A stretch of 64,000 bases of DNA from Octopus vulgaris (Eukaryota). The notes below the pieces were generated by a model that was given only the letters and a program-made list of their open reading frames with translations, was not told where the DNA came from and searched no databases. The position numbers were made by a program, and so were the translations under genes. Location of the stretch: assembly GCA_951406725.2 (NCBI GenBank), contig OX597833.1, positions 5,456,001 to 5,520,000 on the forward strand, given 5' to 3'. Of the stretch, positions 27,214 to 41,260 are shown one piece after another. Positions within the stretch are counted from its first letter, which is position 1, and every line of letters starts with the position of its first letter.

Positions 27214-27247
<34 letters not shown>

Positions 27248-28316
27248 TACACATATATACACGTATATACACATGTGGGTAGTAAAGAAATATATATACA
27301 CATATCATGTTCAACAAGCGCCTTCATAAATGTAAAACACGACACACACACACAGACAAATCCTATTTAGACTACACGAGCATACACAATATGTATATCT
27401 ATATATGTAACAGATATACACACGGCAATATAAATATTTTGATTGGCCCAAGCGTTTTATTTTCGTGAGGCGAAGAAAACCTATTTCTTGTTCGGTTCGG
27501 TTACATTCTGGCAAAAATAACCAAAATTCATATTCATTTCGTAGTGAAAGAAAGAAGAAAAGAAAGAGAGTCAACATCCACCGGTGGTGCTCCAGCATGG
27601 CCACGGCCTTCGGGCTAAAACATTTTTAAGGATTTAAGGATTTAAGGATCCGTTGATAAGCAACGAACATTTTGGAAGAGAAAAAATGTAAATAATAAAT
27701 GAGTGGAAATCGAACCGGTGAGTGTGTTAATTATTAAGGGCATTAAGACAATATGACCCTCCCGAGACACAACAAAATTTACTTCAACACACGAATTCAC
27801 ACAAGGAACCTTGTAAACCAGATACAAAAACGAAGTAGAAATAAAAAAAAACCCAGACTGGTTAAAGCCTTGTGAATGGATTTGGTAAACGGAAACTGAA
27901 AGTGCTCATGTGTGTGTGTGTGTGTGTGTGTGTGAGTGTGTGTGTGTGTGTGTGAGTGTGTGTGTGTGTGTGTGTGTGTTTGTGTGTGTGTGTATATGTG
28001 TTTGTCTCCCACCATTGTTTGACAACTGTTGTTGGTTTCCTTACGTCTCCGTTTGCCTAGCAGTTCGGCAAAGGAAACGAAGAATAAGTAACGGGCTTAA
28101 ACCACAATAAGAACTAGGGGCTAAAATCCTTGAAAGTGGCGTCCTAGTGTGGCTGCAGTCCAATGATTGAAACAGGCAAATGGTATGAGGTAACCAACTC
28201 ATGTATACGTGTTTCGATGTGACCAGGACTTCTTCGGAGTGGTCTCGATTTTAAACTGACGAACCAAAATAAGTACAGTTATTTCAAAAGCAACGAATAG
28301 ATAGATAGATAAATAT

Positions 28317-28350
<34 letters not shown>

Positions 28351-28351
28351 T

Positions 28352-28406
<55 letters not shown>

Positions 28407-28409
28407 TGG

Positions 28410-28452
<43 letters not shown>

Positions 28453-28470
28453 ATAGATAAATAGACAGAC

Positions 28471-28548
<78 letters not shown>

Positions 28549-28930
28549 TCATAAACAGACAGACAAAAATAATTAATGTAGGGTTAAGTTCATCTTCACC
28601 CATGTCACAAGCTTCGATGGTAATTATTGAAATTTATAAATTTAAATACCTATGGTAACATTCTGGTCCGTTCCTGCACACACACACATGAGATTATGTT
28701 TGCAAATTAGAACAAACATAAACAGGCTTGAATGGAAAAAAAAAACTTAAGGAATCTTTTTGGTAAACATTTGATGCTTATATTTATATCAAACATCCGA
28801 TTCCACATAAAAGAACAAGGAAACGTTGTGTTTAATCGTTTTGGTTTTAGTTTTTCTCTTGAAGAGTTCGGTTAAACGAACGAAAGCGCTAATAAAGAAT
28901 TATCCAAAATACTATAAGTGTACACCACTT

Positions 28931-28994
<64 letters not shown>

Positions 28995-29001
28995 GTACAG
29001 T

Positions 29002-29062
<61 letters not shown>

Positions 29063-29228
29063 ATGTGTATTTCTGTGGTGAGAGAGAGAGGAGGGGATAT
29101 TAAAAAAACTGCAGGGAAGGACGTCAAAGGAACACATGAAATATTTACACTCAAGACCTGGACAAACTCTTCCCTCATCGTCCAAAAATCATAACAATTT
29201 CACGCCTTTAACGATAATATTGTTCAAA

Positions 29229-29522
29229 GCCGGCAAGCTGGCAGAAACGTTAGTACACCGGGCGAAATGGATAGCGTTATTTCGTCTGTCTTTACATTCT
29301 GAGTTCAAATTCCGCCGTGGTCGACTGTGCCTTTGACCCTTTCGGGGTCGATAAATTAAGTACCAGTTGCGTTGTCTGTCTTTACATTCTGAGTTCAAAT
29401 CCTGCCGTGGTCGACTTTGCCTTTGACCCTTTCGGGGTCGATAAATTAAGTACCAGTTGCGTATTGGGTCGCTCTAATTGACTGGCCCCTTCCCCCAAAA
29501 TTTCGGGCCTTGTGCCTAGAGT
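29229..29522 (+). mobile_element. SINE family A with internal ~88-bp duplication
   Basis: GTCTGTCTTTACATTCTGAG...TACCAGTTGCGT is repeated at 29284 and 29374. Confidence 0.85.
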
Positions 29523-29811
29523 GTAAAAGGATAATATTGTTTATTGGCGCCAACAGCAAAAACCCCGTGGGAAGAAATGAGCGAAAATAAAAAGACAGGG
29601 GCTAGAAACAAACAAACAAACAATATAAATAGTTGGTACAGATATGAATAGAGATAGAAAAGAAAGGTCCTACGGCGGTGAGCCCTAATTAAGACGTGTA
29701 GCCGTAACACTAATTGAAAATGATGACCTACGGAAGTTCAAAAGGAAAAGAAAGAGATTGAGGGGTGGGAGGACGGAAGATTATATACATATACATATAC
29801 ATATACATATA

Positions 29812-29864
<53 letters not shown>

Positions 29865-29906
29865 CAATAATAATTCTCTAAAAGGGATATAGACAGTAAC
29901 TGCTCG

Positions 29907-30076
29907 ATAACATAAGGGACTAAAGCCATCTGAATATGGCTAGGGACAGGGCAGGGTGGTGACGGTGTCGAGCCTTTCTGGTGACGTCGATGTTCGCCTG
30001 GGGCTAAATGCAACAGTAACACCCCCACCACCCTGCCCTGTCCCTAGCCATATTCAGATGGCTTTAGTCCCTTATG

Positions 30077-30080
<4 letters not shown>
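29907..30080. repeat. Perfect 55-bp inverted repeat with 64-nt spacer
   Basis: 29907-29961 is the exact reverse complement of 30026-30080. Confidence 0.9.
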
Positions 30081-30139
<59 letters not shown>

Positions 30140-30345
30140 GGTATGTAGAAAAATACAACATGGACAAGAACGTATAACTCTTAGAAGACGACACAATAAA
30201 CACGGACAGGACATTCGAAACCCTCAGTCTTCAGTCAAGAACCGGATCATCGTAGTAATTTCGGCTGATTAATCTTGAGATTACTAGATCACGGCCAGCC
30301 CTCCAAGAAAAACCAAGCAACGAGCATTAGAAAAACTAAGCTATA
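30140..30345 (-). mobile_element. Penelope-like terminal fragment (family P2); second copy at 41283-41540
   Basis: Shared GGACAAGAACG...GGACATTCGAA...TCTTCAGTCAAGAACCGGATCATC...TTTCGGCTGATT..TCTTGAGATT..GGCCAGCC. Both copies abut (TA)n. Confidence 0.5.
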
Positions 30346-30580
30346 TATAAATATATAGGCATACGTGACTCTACGTCGTTAATTGGTTGCACGAGACACG
30401 ACTTCAGTCGAATTAATTTGTCTCTAGGCTAGGCCAGGACGAATTTGCTTGCCTCCAGGCTAAACTGTTGATAACCATTCCCAGTTCTGTATTTTATTTA
30501 TGAATGCATTTTCAATAATATATGGTTAATAAAAAACTATTTTAAGCTTACAAACAAATAATTTTTACTTTTTAATAATA

Positions 30581-31012
30581 GGCGCAGGAGTGGCTGTGTG
30601 GTAAGTAGCTTGCCAACCAGCCACATGGTTCCGGGTTCAGTCCCACTGTGTGGCACCTTGGGCAAGTGTCTTCTGCTATAGCCCCGGGCCGACCAATGCT
30701 TTGTGAGTGGATTTGGTAGACGGAAACTGAAAGAAGCCCGTCGTATATATGTATATATATATATATATGTATGTGTGTGTATGTGTTTGTGTGTCTGTGT
30801 TTGTCCCCCTAGCATTGCTTGACAACCGATGCTGGTGTGTTTATGTCCCCGTTACTTAGCGGTTCGGCAAAAGAGACCGATAGAATTAGTACTGGGCATA
30901 CAAAAGAATAAGTCCCGGGGTCGAGTTGCTCGATTAAAAAAGGCGGTGCTCCAGCATGGCCGCAGTCAAATGACTGAAACAAGTAAAAGAGTAAAGAGTA
31001 AAAGAGTAGAGT
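30581..31012 (+). mobile_element. SINE family B, full length
   Basis: Consensus match with (AAAGAGT)n tail. Confidence 0.9.
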
Positions 31013-31736
31013 AAAAAAAAAAAAGTAATCTAAATTTACGAATACAATTTCGCGGTGTTTACCGTACATCGCAGACACTTTATTTACGAATGCGTTTTGC
31101 AATAAGATATGGTAAAATGAAAGCCTTTTTTAAGGTGAAAAAACAAATTCAGTAATTATTATTATTTCACAATAGTAAAAAATACCAAATTGTTTTAAAT
31201 TTACCAATACGTACATACAATTTGGCGATTTCGTGATTTCATGTTTTCGTTCACTAAGACACACTACTTTATGGTGTGTATCTTAACATTTACTGTACGT
31301 ATTACACTATGGTTTTATATGCATTTATTCTTATTTATTGTACAGTAACATTTCATGTACTTTTAACAGTTTTCTAGTCATTTTACGATTCCAATATTTG
31401 CGGTGAACAGACGGAAAGTCGAGTAAAATGCCAACTTTTTTATTTTTCCATATATTATTTTTGAAAAACGACGTATAATCGAAACAACTTAAGTCAAAGT
31501 ATGCTTATATATATATATACTCAATAACACTATAAAATGGCCAAAACTTTTTCACAGGAACTTAGTTCGATTTGAAACCCCCCTAGAATGGGAGAAAGCG
31601 CTAATACATGATCTAAGTTATATGATGTATAAAAACATGTAATATACAAATAAATATCAGTAAATATAAAACTATCCGAATTTCTGAGTACCTCATTTCT
31701 TCTAATATAAAATACCTGAACATTATCTCAAAACCT

Positions 31737-31774
<38 letters not shown>

Positions 31775-31779
<5 letters not shown>

Positions 31780-32197
31780 TAATCCAAAGAAAACACAAAA
31801 AACCCCCAAAAAACACAACAACGCGAGGACGTGGAACAAATAAAGTATTATTGGACGCTCAGGAAAGAAGGAAAGCAGGAGGGTTTAACGTTTCGAGCGG
31901 AGCTCTTCGTCGGAAACATAGGAGAAGGAAAGATCCCGAGAAGGGAAGACAGAGGAAAAAAAATCGCCAACGGCACTCACGAGGTCACATATTGAAAGGA
32001 CCTATATATACTGCACGCATTTTTTTCTCTCCTTGTTTCTCTCCGTGTTTCTTTTCTGGGTATCTTTCTGTTGAAGAGCGTAAGCTCGAAACGTTAAAGA
32101 CTTGTTTTATTTATATTTCCTGAGCGCCATACTAATACAATTGTTTGTTTGTTTTCCACCTGCCTTCGTCTTTTGTCTATTTTCATAAAGCTTCCCG
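31775..32197. mobile_element. Two divergently oriented Penelope-like terminal repeats between (TA)n tracts
   Basis: P1 copy on minus (31775-31990) and a related copy on plus (about 32010-32197). Each has a hammerhead-like core (31883-31917 minus; 32063-32100 plus). Confidence 0.65.
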
Positions 32198-32277
<80 letters not shown>

Positions 32278-32569
32278 GATTCAGTTGAATTCGGTACTTA
32301 AATTTAAGCAGCTTGCTAGTTCGGTATAGTCCGCACACCCTAGCAATGTTATTTGAATATTGATTATCAAGACACCGTGTAGGGTGTGTTTGTACTTGAT
32401 ATCCCAGTCGTGGGTGCAGACAATGCAACAAGGCTAAGTGAAGATATCCACTCTTGGTAATTCAGACATCTACATTTTATAAAGGTACTTTTTATAGTAT
32501 TTCCAAAGTGCAGTTTCCCAGTTAGGTGAACAGAATATAGATAAGAAACAAAGATATACAGGTGTCTAC

Positions 32570-32661
<92 letters not shown>

Positions 32662-32771
32662 TATGTATATAATGTATGTATGCATTCGTATACCTGCAAA
32701 TGCACGCAATCTCTAACGCCTGATGTTCTCCGCTCGCTCATGTATGATATATAAATATTATGCATACATTC

Positions 32772-32823
<52 letters not shown>

Positions 32824-33017
32824 CACACACACATGCACTCGCACATATGTGTCTGTGTATGTGTATGAATACACATATACACACACACGCACACCTTGTA
32901 TATACACATACATGCAATAGGTATGCATACCCTCAGATCGTACCCAGATATTTCCCAGGGTCAGGCAAAAGTCAACGGGTACGCAGACCCAATAAACTAT
33001 TGTGTTCATTCAGAATG

Positions 33018-33059
<42 letters not shown>

Positions 33060-33239
33060 TTTAAATATTATTATTCAGTCGATTTCCTCCGGATATTATA
33101 CTCACCTCTTTACAATGAATTCCTGTGAACTATATATTATTATATACATGTCTGGAGTACCTGATAGTTATTGTGCAAAGTGTATATAAAACGAGATGAT
33201 AAGCAATACAGGAATCAGTGTGTGTGTGTGTGTATTTAC

Positions 33240-33276
<37 letters not shown>

Positions 33277-33288
33277 TACATATAGGCT

Positions 33289-33475
33289 AGGAGTGGCTGT
33301 GTGGTAAGTTGTTTGCTTACCAGGCACATGGCTCCGGGTTCAGTCCTACTGCGTGGCACCTCGGGCAAGTATCTTCTACTATAGTCTCGGGCCGCCCAAA
33401 GCCTTGTGAGTAGATTTGGATTTGGTAGACGGAAACTGAAAGAAGCTCGCCGTATATATATATATATGTATGTAA

Positions 33476-33516
<41 letters not shown>

Positions 33517-33713
33517 TGTTTGTCCCCGCCTCCCCAACATAGCTTGACAACCGATGCTGGTGTGTTTACGTCCCCGTAACTTAGCGGTTCGACCAAAGAG
33601 ACTGATAGAATAAGTACTAGGCTTACAAAGAATAAGTCCTGGGGTCGAGTTGCTCGACTAAAAAGGTGGTGCTCCAGCATGGCAGCAGTCAAATGACTGA
33701 AACAAGTAAAAGA
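33289..33713 (+). mobile_element. SINE family B, full length
   Basis: Consensus match. Confidence 0.9.
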
Positions 33714-33909
33714 ATATATATATATAGATGAATGAATATGTGTTATATACATTCATGTCGAGTCTTAGCCTAGCAGCGTGTATATATGTGTAGAATTGTA
33801 TAAAGGGTTAAACACACATGCGTCTGTTTCCATATTTAGTTTTAACCGATACACACGCGCGCGCGCACGCACACACACACACATACGCACACATACATAC
33901 AAACATTCT

Positions 33910-34605
33910 ATTTTAGCTTTCTCTCGACTGCGGCCGTGCTGGGGCACCACCTTGAAGTGGTTTAGTCGAACAAAGCCACCCCGATAATTATTTTTTGCCT
34001 GTTATAATTAGGTCTCTCATGCATTCGAACTGATAAGTTACGGGAATGTAAACAAACCAACACCGCTTGTCAAACAGTACTGGTGGTGCTGGTGGGACAA
34101 ACACGAGCACTAAAGCGCACACACACACACACACACACACACAATCATTATGGACTTCTGCACAGCTTTCTTATTTCTTTACTGCCCACAAGGGGCTACA
34201 CACAGACAGGACAAACAAGGACAGACAAACGGATTAAGTCGATTATTTCGACCCCAGTGCATAACTGGTACTTATTTAATCGACCCCGAAAGGATGAAAG
34301 GCAAAGTCGACCTCGGCGGAATTTGAATTCAGAACGTAATGGCAGACGAAATACCTATTTCTTTACTACCCACAAGGGCTAAACACAGAGGGGACAAACA
34401 AGGACAGACATAGGTATGAAGTCGTTTACATCGACCCCAGTGCGTAACTGGTACTTAATTTATCGACCCCGAAAGGATGAAAGGCAAAGTCGACCTCGGC
34501 GGAATTTGAACTCAGAACGTAACGGCAGACGAAATACCGCTAAGCATTTCGCCCGGCGTGCTAACGTTTCTGCCAGCTCGCCTTCTGCACACCTTTCTGT
34601 CTAAC
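33910..34605 (-). mobile_element. Old SINE B (minus) interrupted by a SINE A dimer (34170-34583, minus)
   Basis: The SINE B-like ...CTTCTGCACA...TTTCTGTCTAACAAAT resumes after the SINE A. CTTCTGCACA occurs on both sides (possible TSD). Confidence 0.7.
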
Positions 34606-35011
34606 AAATTCAGTCTCGAAGCATTGGTTAGGTCGGAGAGTAGAAGAGAACTCTGAACCAGGTGGTTACTGAGTAGATTCCTTAACTAGACAGCAATGTC
34701 TGTTCTCCTGGGTTTCTGTTGCTCTATAAACAACCATTATCAACGAGATATCTCTTAATCTAGAACAAACAAACCGTCAGAAGATATTTTCTCGTTTAAC
34801 CCCAATTTATCGGAAGGTAGGTGACTTTTGCACTGAATGTCTTCGAGTTGTCAAGGCACCAAGCAGTCAGCTAAGAGGCACTTTCCCTGTCTGTCTGTTT
34901 ATCCCCGCTTCTCCCTGCCAGTATATTTGGGGTAGTGTTTTTCAAACACGGTTGCAATGAACCCTTCGGTTTCGTGAAAGAAATTTTAAGAGTCCGTAAG
35001 ATAAAAGATAT

Positions 35012-35207
35012 ATGGTTGTGTGGCTAAGAAGCTTGCTTCGCAGCTTCATGGTTCCGGGTTCAGTCTTACTGCGTGGCACCTTGGGCAAGTGTCTTCTACT
35101 ATAGCCTCGGGCCGACCAAAGCCTTGTGAGTGGATTCTGTTGACGGAAACTGAAAGGAGCCCGTCGTTTATATATGTATGTACATATGTCTATCTATCAA
35201 TCTATCA

Positions 35208-35261
<54 letters not shown>

Positions 35262-35375
35262 CTATCTATCTGTCTATCTATCTATGTCTGTCTGTCTGTC
35301 TGTCTATCTGCATATGTACGTCTGTGTGAGTGTATGTGTGTGTATGTATGTGTTTGAGTTTCTTCCTCACCACCG
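35012..35375 (+). mobile_element. SINE family B, 5' half with expanded (TCTA)n
   Basis: Consensus match to the head and core. Confidence 0.75.
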
Positions 35376-35383
35376 TCAGAGTG

Positions 35384-35448
<65 letters not shown>

Positions 35449-36228
35449 GATAGAGAGAAAGAGAGATAGAGAGAAAGAGAGAGAGAGAAAGAGAGAGAGA
35501 GAGAAAGAGAGAGAGAGAATAGTGGAGTCCCATGGCACATATAGCTTGGAGGATTGGTTCGTTGAGGGCGTAGCATCTTGGTCAGAGACGCAGAAAAGCG
35601 GCGCCAAAGGCGATACAAGAAACCCAACGCTGTTGGTAAGTAAGTCGACACGTCGCGAGTTAATCTGGGCCCTTCATTCGAAACCCTTCAAACGGTTCTT
35701 AGTTCTGTCTTCCGAACACACTTGCCAGTCAGTCTATAGAGTGGCACAGATAAAGACACTACTCTACACTGTTTATTTAAGGCAGCCATTCCACAGATTC
35801 TTTAGAATAATAGAGAAATGTCAGCGAAATTCAAAGGAATTCTTCTTCATATAAAAGCCATTTTCATTGCGACTAGAGAGAACACGAGACCGGCATTTCC
35901 TACTTTAGCAGAGATATCAACTTACGACCGTCTTTGTTGAAGCAATATTTTAATCCGGGTGTTATTGTTGTTGGGTTGTGGGTGGTGGTGGTGGTGGTGG
36001 TGGCGGTGGCGGTGGCGGCGTGGATGGCGGTGGGGTTGCGGAGAGTTTATCATTTATGACTCCGCTTTCACCAGTTAATCCACAAAAAATGATGACTTAG
36101 GTTATATAAGAATGTAAATAAATATACATACATACATTTGCGCGCACGCTCACACACACGCACGCACACATACACACATACATACACACATAGATACTCA
36201 TATATGTCATTAGGTAAATAAATACATA

Positions 36229-36281
<53 letters not shown>

Positions 36282-36284
<3 letters not shown>

Positions 36285-36746
36285 TCGACTTTGCCTTTCA
36301 TCCCTTCGGGGTCGATTAAATAAGTACCAGTCTCGCAATCGACTGAATCCCTTTGTCTGTCCTTGTTTGACCCCTCTATGTTTAGCCCCATGTGGGTAGT
36401 AAAGAGATAGGTATTTCGTCTGTCTTTATGCTCTGAGTTCAAATTCCGCCGAGGTCGACTTTGCCTTTCATCCTTTCGGGGTCGATAAATTAAGTACCAG
36501 TTACGCACTGGAGTCGATATAATCGACTTAATCTGTTTGTCTGTCCTTGTTTGTCTTCTCTGCGTTTGGCCCCTTGTGGGTTGTAAAGAAATAGGTATTT
36601 ATGTTCTGAGCTCAAATTCCGCCGAGGTCGACTTTACCTTTCATCCTTTCGGGGTCAATAAATTAAATACCAGTTGCGCACTGGGGTTGATCTAATTGGC
36701 CTCCCCCTCCTCCCAAATTTCGGGCCTTGTGACTAGAGTAGAAAAG
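36282..36746 (+). mobile_element. SINE family A, 5'-truncated trimer
   Basis: Three AGGTCGACTTT.CCTTTCATCC units. Confidence 0.85.
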
Positions 36747-38009
36747 ACTATTGTTGTTATTATCAACTATTTGTATTGCCTTCGATAATAATAACAATAT
36801 TAATATCTATATAAATATTCGCTTCTGAATATTTTGACTGCTGTATTTATAAAATATATATTTATACGTATATGCGCGGGCGTGTACGTGTGTGTGTGTG
36901 TGTATGTGTGTGTGTATATGTGTGGGTGTGTATGTGTGTGTGTGTGTATTTATATGTTCGTCTATATGTGCAAAGGGGATTGGAAACAGTAAGTTAATAT
37001 GCTCAGTTTTAAGGACACACACACACACACGCAGACATACACACACGCCTGTACACACATCTTTGCTTGCATAAAATAACCACTGGGTTCAATGTGATCG
37101 AATAAACACTTAAAGGCGATGCTCCAGCGTTGCCGCTGTCTAATGATTAAAACGTAGAAAAAAAAATAGTAACAGTGTATCACGTGGTCACACCCATAAG
37201 AAATACGAGAGACAGTTGCGTTACTGGAGCAGAAACGTCGGTCGTTGACTGTTTTTAACCTTTCAAAGAACATGGCGATATATTTTTGTTTTAAATTTTG
37301 ATCACGTCTGCTTCGTTAAAGACAGATTGGTAACAGTTCCATAAAGACAGTCTTTGTGGAAGAATTGCATTCTTGAAAATCTTTTATACAAATTCCCAAC
37401 TCTTCAAAAAACATAAACCCTTCGGTTTCTGTGTCACCTAATTTCTCCATTTATTGTAGACTAAACAAGGGACATTTTCGGATCAGATAAGAAGCTTGAA
37501 GCAGCCTCCTGGAGTTCTGTCCCATGGTTTATCTTATCTGAGCTGCCGTGCCTTGTTAGGAAATACCGGAGCTATAAAGATCAATCAACATAATTGATCA
37601 CATAGTGATAGATTGCTATCTCCAAATATCAGCCCAAATTATTTGCGCCGCGTTTTAGCGCATTGTTAATTCTCGATTAATTTTCTTATTAATTTAATTA
37701 GCTTTTAGTCAATCTGTCGTGGGGACCCTTCTTTTCACTCACACACATGCACCCACACACAAATACACACACACACAAACACACACGCACGCACGCATAC
37801 ACACACACGCACAGATAATCCCTTCTCTCTCATTATTTTAATTTTTACTACATTCCTGAAATATATAAGACTCTCATGATCTTCCTCTATCACCTTTTCT
37901 TTCTCATTTTCTCCCTCTCCCTCTCTTTCTATAATTCTCTCTTTCTCTCCCTTTCCATCTCTCTCTCACCCGTGCGCACACATATATACAAATATATACA
38001 CAAATATAC

Positions 38010-39556
38010 AGACTGATACTGGGAGAGAAATGGATGTTGGTGCCGAACTATTTGGGCAAAAGAATCGTAAGGGTCAGAGTGGGAACAATCCCACCGTCGA
38101 TAGACCCAGAATGGGTAATAGTCGCAATATTTAATTCAGAGCTGGTGAAGGGAAGTGAAAACCTGAACATTTGCATAAGTAAGCAAAACTCAACAATTGA
38201 ATTGATGGGGATATGGTATTGAAGTAATTTGCACAGTAAGCCCAGAATATTACGACGAAATGGAGGAAACTGTCGAATTACCAAACGGTGAAAAACTGGA
38301 AGTAATGTTGGAGGGGAGACTCCTAAAATGTTACGGATGCGGTGAAAGAGGGCACCTGAGAAGGAAATGTCCTAGAGTAGCAGTAGTAATGGTGAAAGAC
38401 ACTGTACAGGAAGATATAGTGGTGAAAAAAGAGCAGAAGCAAGGAACAGAATATGGCAGGAATTTGGTGGAGGTAAAACCCAGGGAACGAGAGAGAAGAA
38501 AGTCACCGATGACAGTGGAAGTGAAGAAGTGTAAAGGAATGGAAGAAGAAACTCAACCCACGATGAAAACGGAGAAAATTTACCAGTGGAACTACCAGCA
38601 AAGGAATTAAAAGTACAGAGTCATTCGGACCAGAAACAAGGCAACCCAGAATCACGGAAACCTAAAGACACAGACACACAGACGAAATACGTAGAGTTAC
38701 AGTCAAACGAACACACAGACATACAAATGCAAGAACACACAGACTTAGAGACAGAAATACAAGAACCCATAAAACAGCAGGAAAATATGTTTCTTTATTG
38801 CCCACAAGGGGCTAAACATAGAGGGGACAAACAAGGACAGACAAACGGATTAAGTCGATTACATCGACCCCAGTGCGTAACTGGTACTTAATTTATCGAC
38901 CCTGAAGGGATGAAAGGCAAAGTCGACCGCGGCGGAATTTGATCTCAGAACGTAACGACAGACGAAATACGGCTACACATTTCGCCCGGCGTGCTAACGT
39001 TTCTGCCAGCTCGCCGCAATAGGAGCAGAAAAATACAACATGAAAAGTACAAACGAAAAGAAAAATTATAGAGAGGTAGGACACCCCAACTTGAAAAGAG
39101 TAAGTGGTTAGTCATTGTAATTTTGTAAAGTCTGTAACTGAGAGAGATGATTGTTTGAACTTCTCAGGAAAAAAAGAAGGAAAAATAATGTAAAATTTGA
39201 AACTGTTAAATGAAGAGGTTTCCTAAAGTTTTTTGTGAACACTGTGATAAACATTTGGGTTTTTTTTTAGTTTAAAAAAAAAAGGAAAAGAAATAAGTGA
39301 GGTCTGTATGAACATTGATTTAAAAGGTTTATAATGGTAGGGCAAAAGCGAAGAGGGAAGTCGCGGTTTCGACTCGGAGCGAGGCTAAAGGTTGTGTTAA
39401 AGGAATACACGGTTTCATCTCGCAGCGGGAGCGAGATGGCCGACCCATTTGCATTGTAAATATATTCATTTCACATTTATTCTCCATATGTTTTATGTTC
39501 CCGCATGTCTTTGTATGTCTCCTCTGTAATTAGGCCTTGTGCCTGTAATTAAGAAT
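38010..39556 (+). mobile_element. Internally deleted L1/Tx1-like LINE: gag-like ORF1 remnant plus probable 3' end
   Basis: Frameshifted ORF1 pieces (38034-38222, 38260-38610) with CCHC knuckle CYGCGERGHLRRKC after V.LEGR. Interrupted by SINE A at 38790-39017 (minus). T-rich 3' UTR-like segment ends GGCCTTGTGCCTGTAATTAAGAA. Confidence 0.65.
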
Positions 39557-40012
39557 TCACCTCAAGTCGAACAATTATTCTGTGCTGGGGAAGAGAAATA
39601 ACCCGGAAATCGCGATACCCAGATATTGTTTTGAGCTGAGTGGGGTTGCTAGATTCTTTTGTTCGAAAATATAAGGACACAGATCATGTCATACAGCCAG
39701 CTGGAGACGATGTCTCCTGGGGCTAAATTACAGCAACATTCATCCTAAACCAGGACTGCCATGTTATGTTGGCAAACAATCCTCCATACCACACATACAT
39801 CTGAATTTTTCAAATGAAATATAATTACGGAACCCGGCCAGTTGAACCATCGGTGGATTGCCGACATTAACTTAGCTGGTTGAACCTTCGAAGTCACTTT
39901 CAATAATATTCTCGTTTAAGAATATTAAATTTGTACTCGACAAAAGTACAGAGTAACCCATCAGATTAATGTAAAACTGTTTTCATCATAGCTGAACATA
40001 AAAAAGCTAACA

Positions 40013-40175
<163 letters not shown>

Positions 40176-41197
40176 TTGTATGTACGTAAGTGTGTAATTG
40201 GAACATAAATTTTAGCGTTACAAGTGAGAGGGGACCGGAAGAAGAGACCTTTCAAGTGTTTTGTAAAAGGCCTTTTCAAATTATATTAAGTAAAGGCACC
40301 CCAACTCCCAGATGGTTAACCTTAACCTTGGTTCGCTGAGAAGAAGTCAGCTCGAGGAAAAAAGGGGCGGCCCGGCTAGGGACGAAATTTATTGTTAAAG
40401 AGGGTTAACCTTGTTTAACATTGCGGAAATAGACGAAGCTGCAAAAATAAAAAAAATAATAATGTATATATACATATATAAAATGATAAAAATAATAAAA
40501 AAAGGTCACAATTTAATTAACAGGCAGCCTGTATGTAATTAGCAGCGTGAATGGGACATCAATGAATCGTTAAGATGTCTAAGAGGCTCAGCTATTATAT
40601 CAAGCGTTTTTTTTGTTATTGAGTCGTTGGGTCACGCCTGATTTCACACACGACACACAGTCAGACGCGTTTATTTGACTGACACTGTCCTTTCGCCTCC
40701 TTATTATTTAAGGTCGCGAAAAGTGTACAAAAGCGTGATTCTGTTTATAATTAGACAAACCTGGTGAAGCGTACACATAATAATTATAGATATTATTCAG
40801 GTGTATAGTAAGGTCGTGCAAATACCAGCCAAACAGTAGCGAACCGAGGTGGATTGCTGTTTTGTCTGTTTGCTCGCTGTCGTTGTGTTTATGATTCCAT
40901 AAACAACATTCAGACTTCCACAAAATATGTGAAGGACACTTCTTACTCAGCTTTCGGTATGCTAGAAATAGAAGCTAAATTTAAAAATAAATATCGAAAC
41001 TATTTTAAAATAAGAAGGACCCAAGGGAGAATGTAGTGGTAGATATATGGAAACTTTTTTTTATTCTAAAGTCATTTATCTGCGGCCAAGCTGGAGCACC
41101 GTCTGTTTTTTCTTTAATAATATTTTTTACGCAAATGTATATTTAAGGTGTAGTAAATACCTAATAGGCAGTAGAATTTCTTGTTAACTCTTATTCC

Positions 41198-41260
<63 letters not shown>

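Noticed and set aside
30255-30310. Hammerhead call for the P2 family (also 41395-41450)
   Set aside because: GAAA and stem II are present but CUGANGA has decayed (CUUGGAG, CUUUGGG) and stems I and III are unclear, so it was not counted as a ribozyme.
31025-31740. AT-rich segment resembling a DNA-transposon interior
   Set aside because: I could not identify TIRs, a TSD or a coding remnant.
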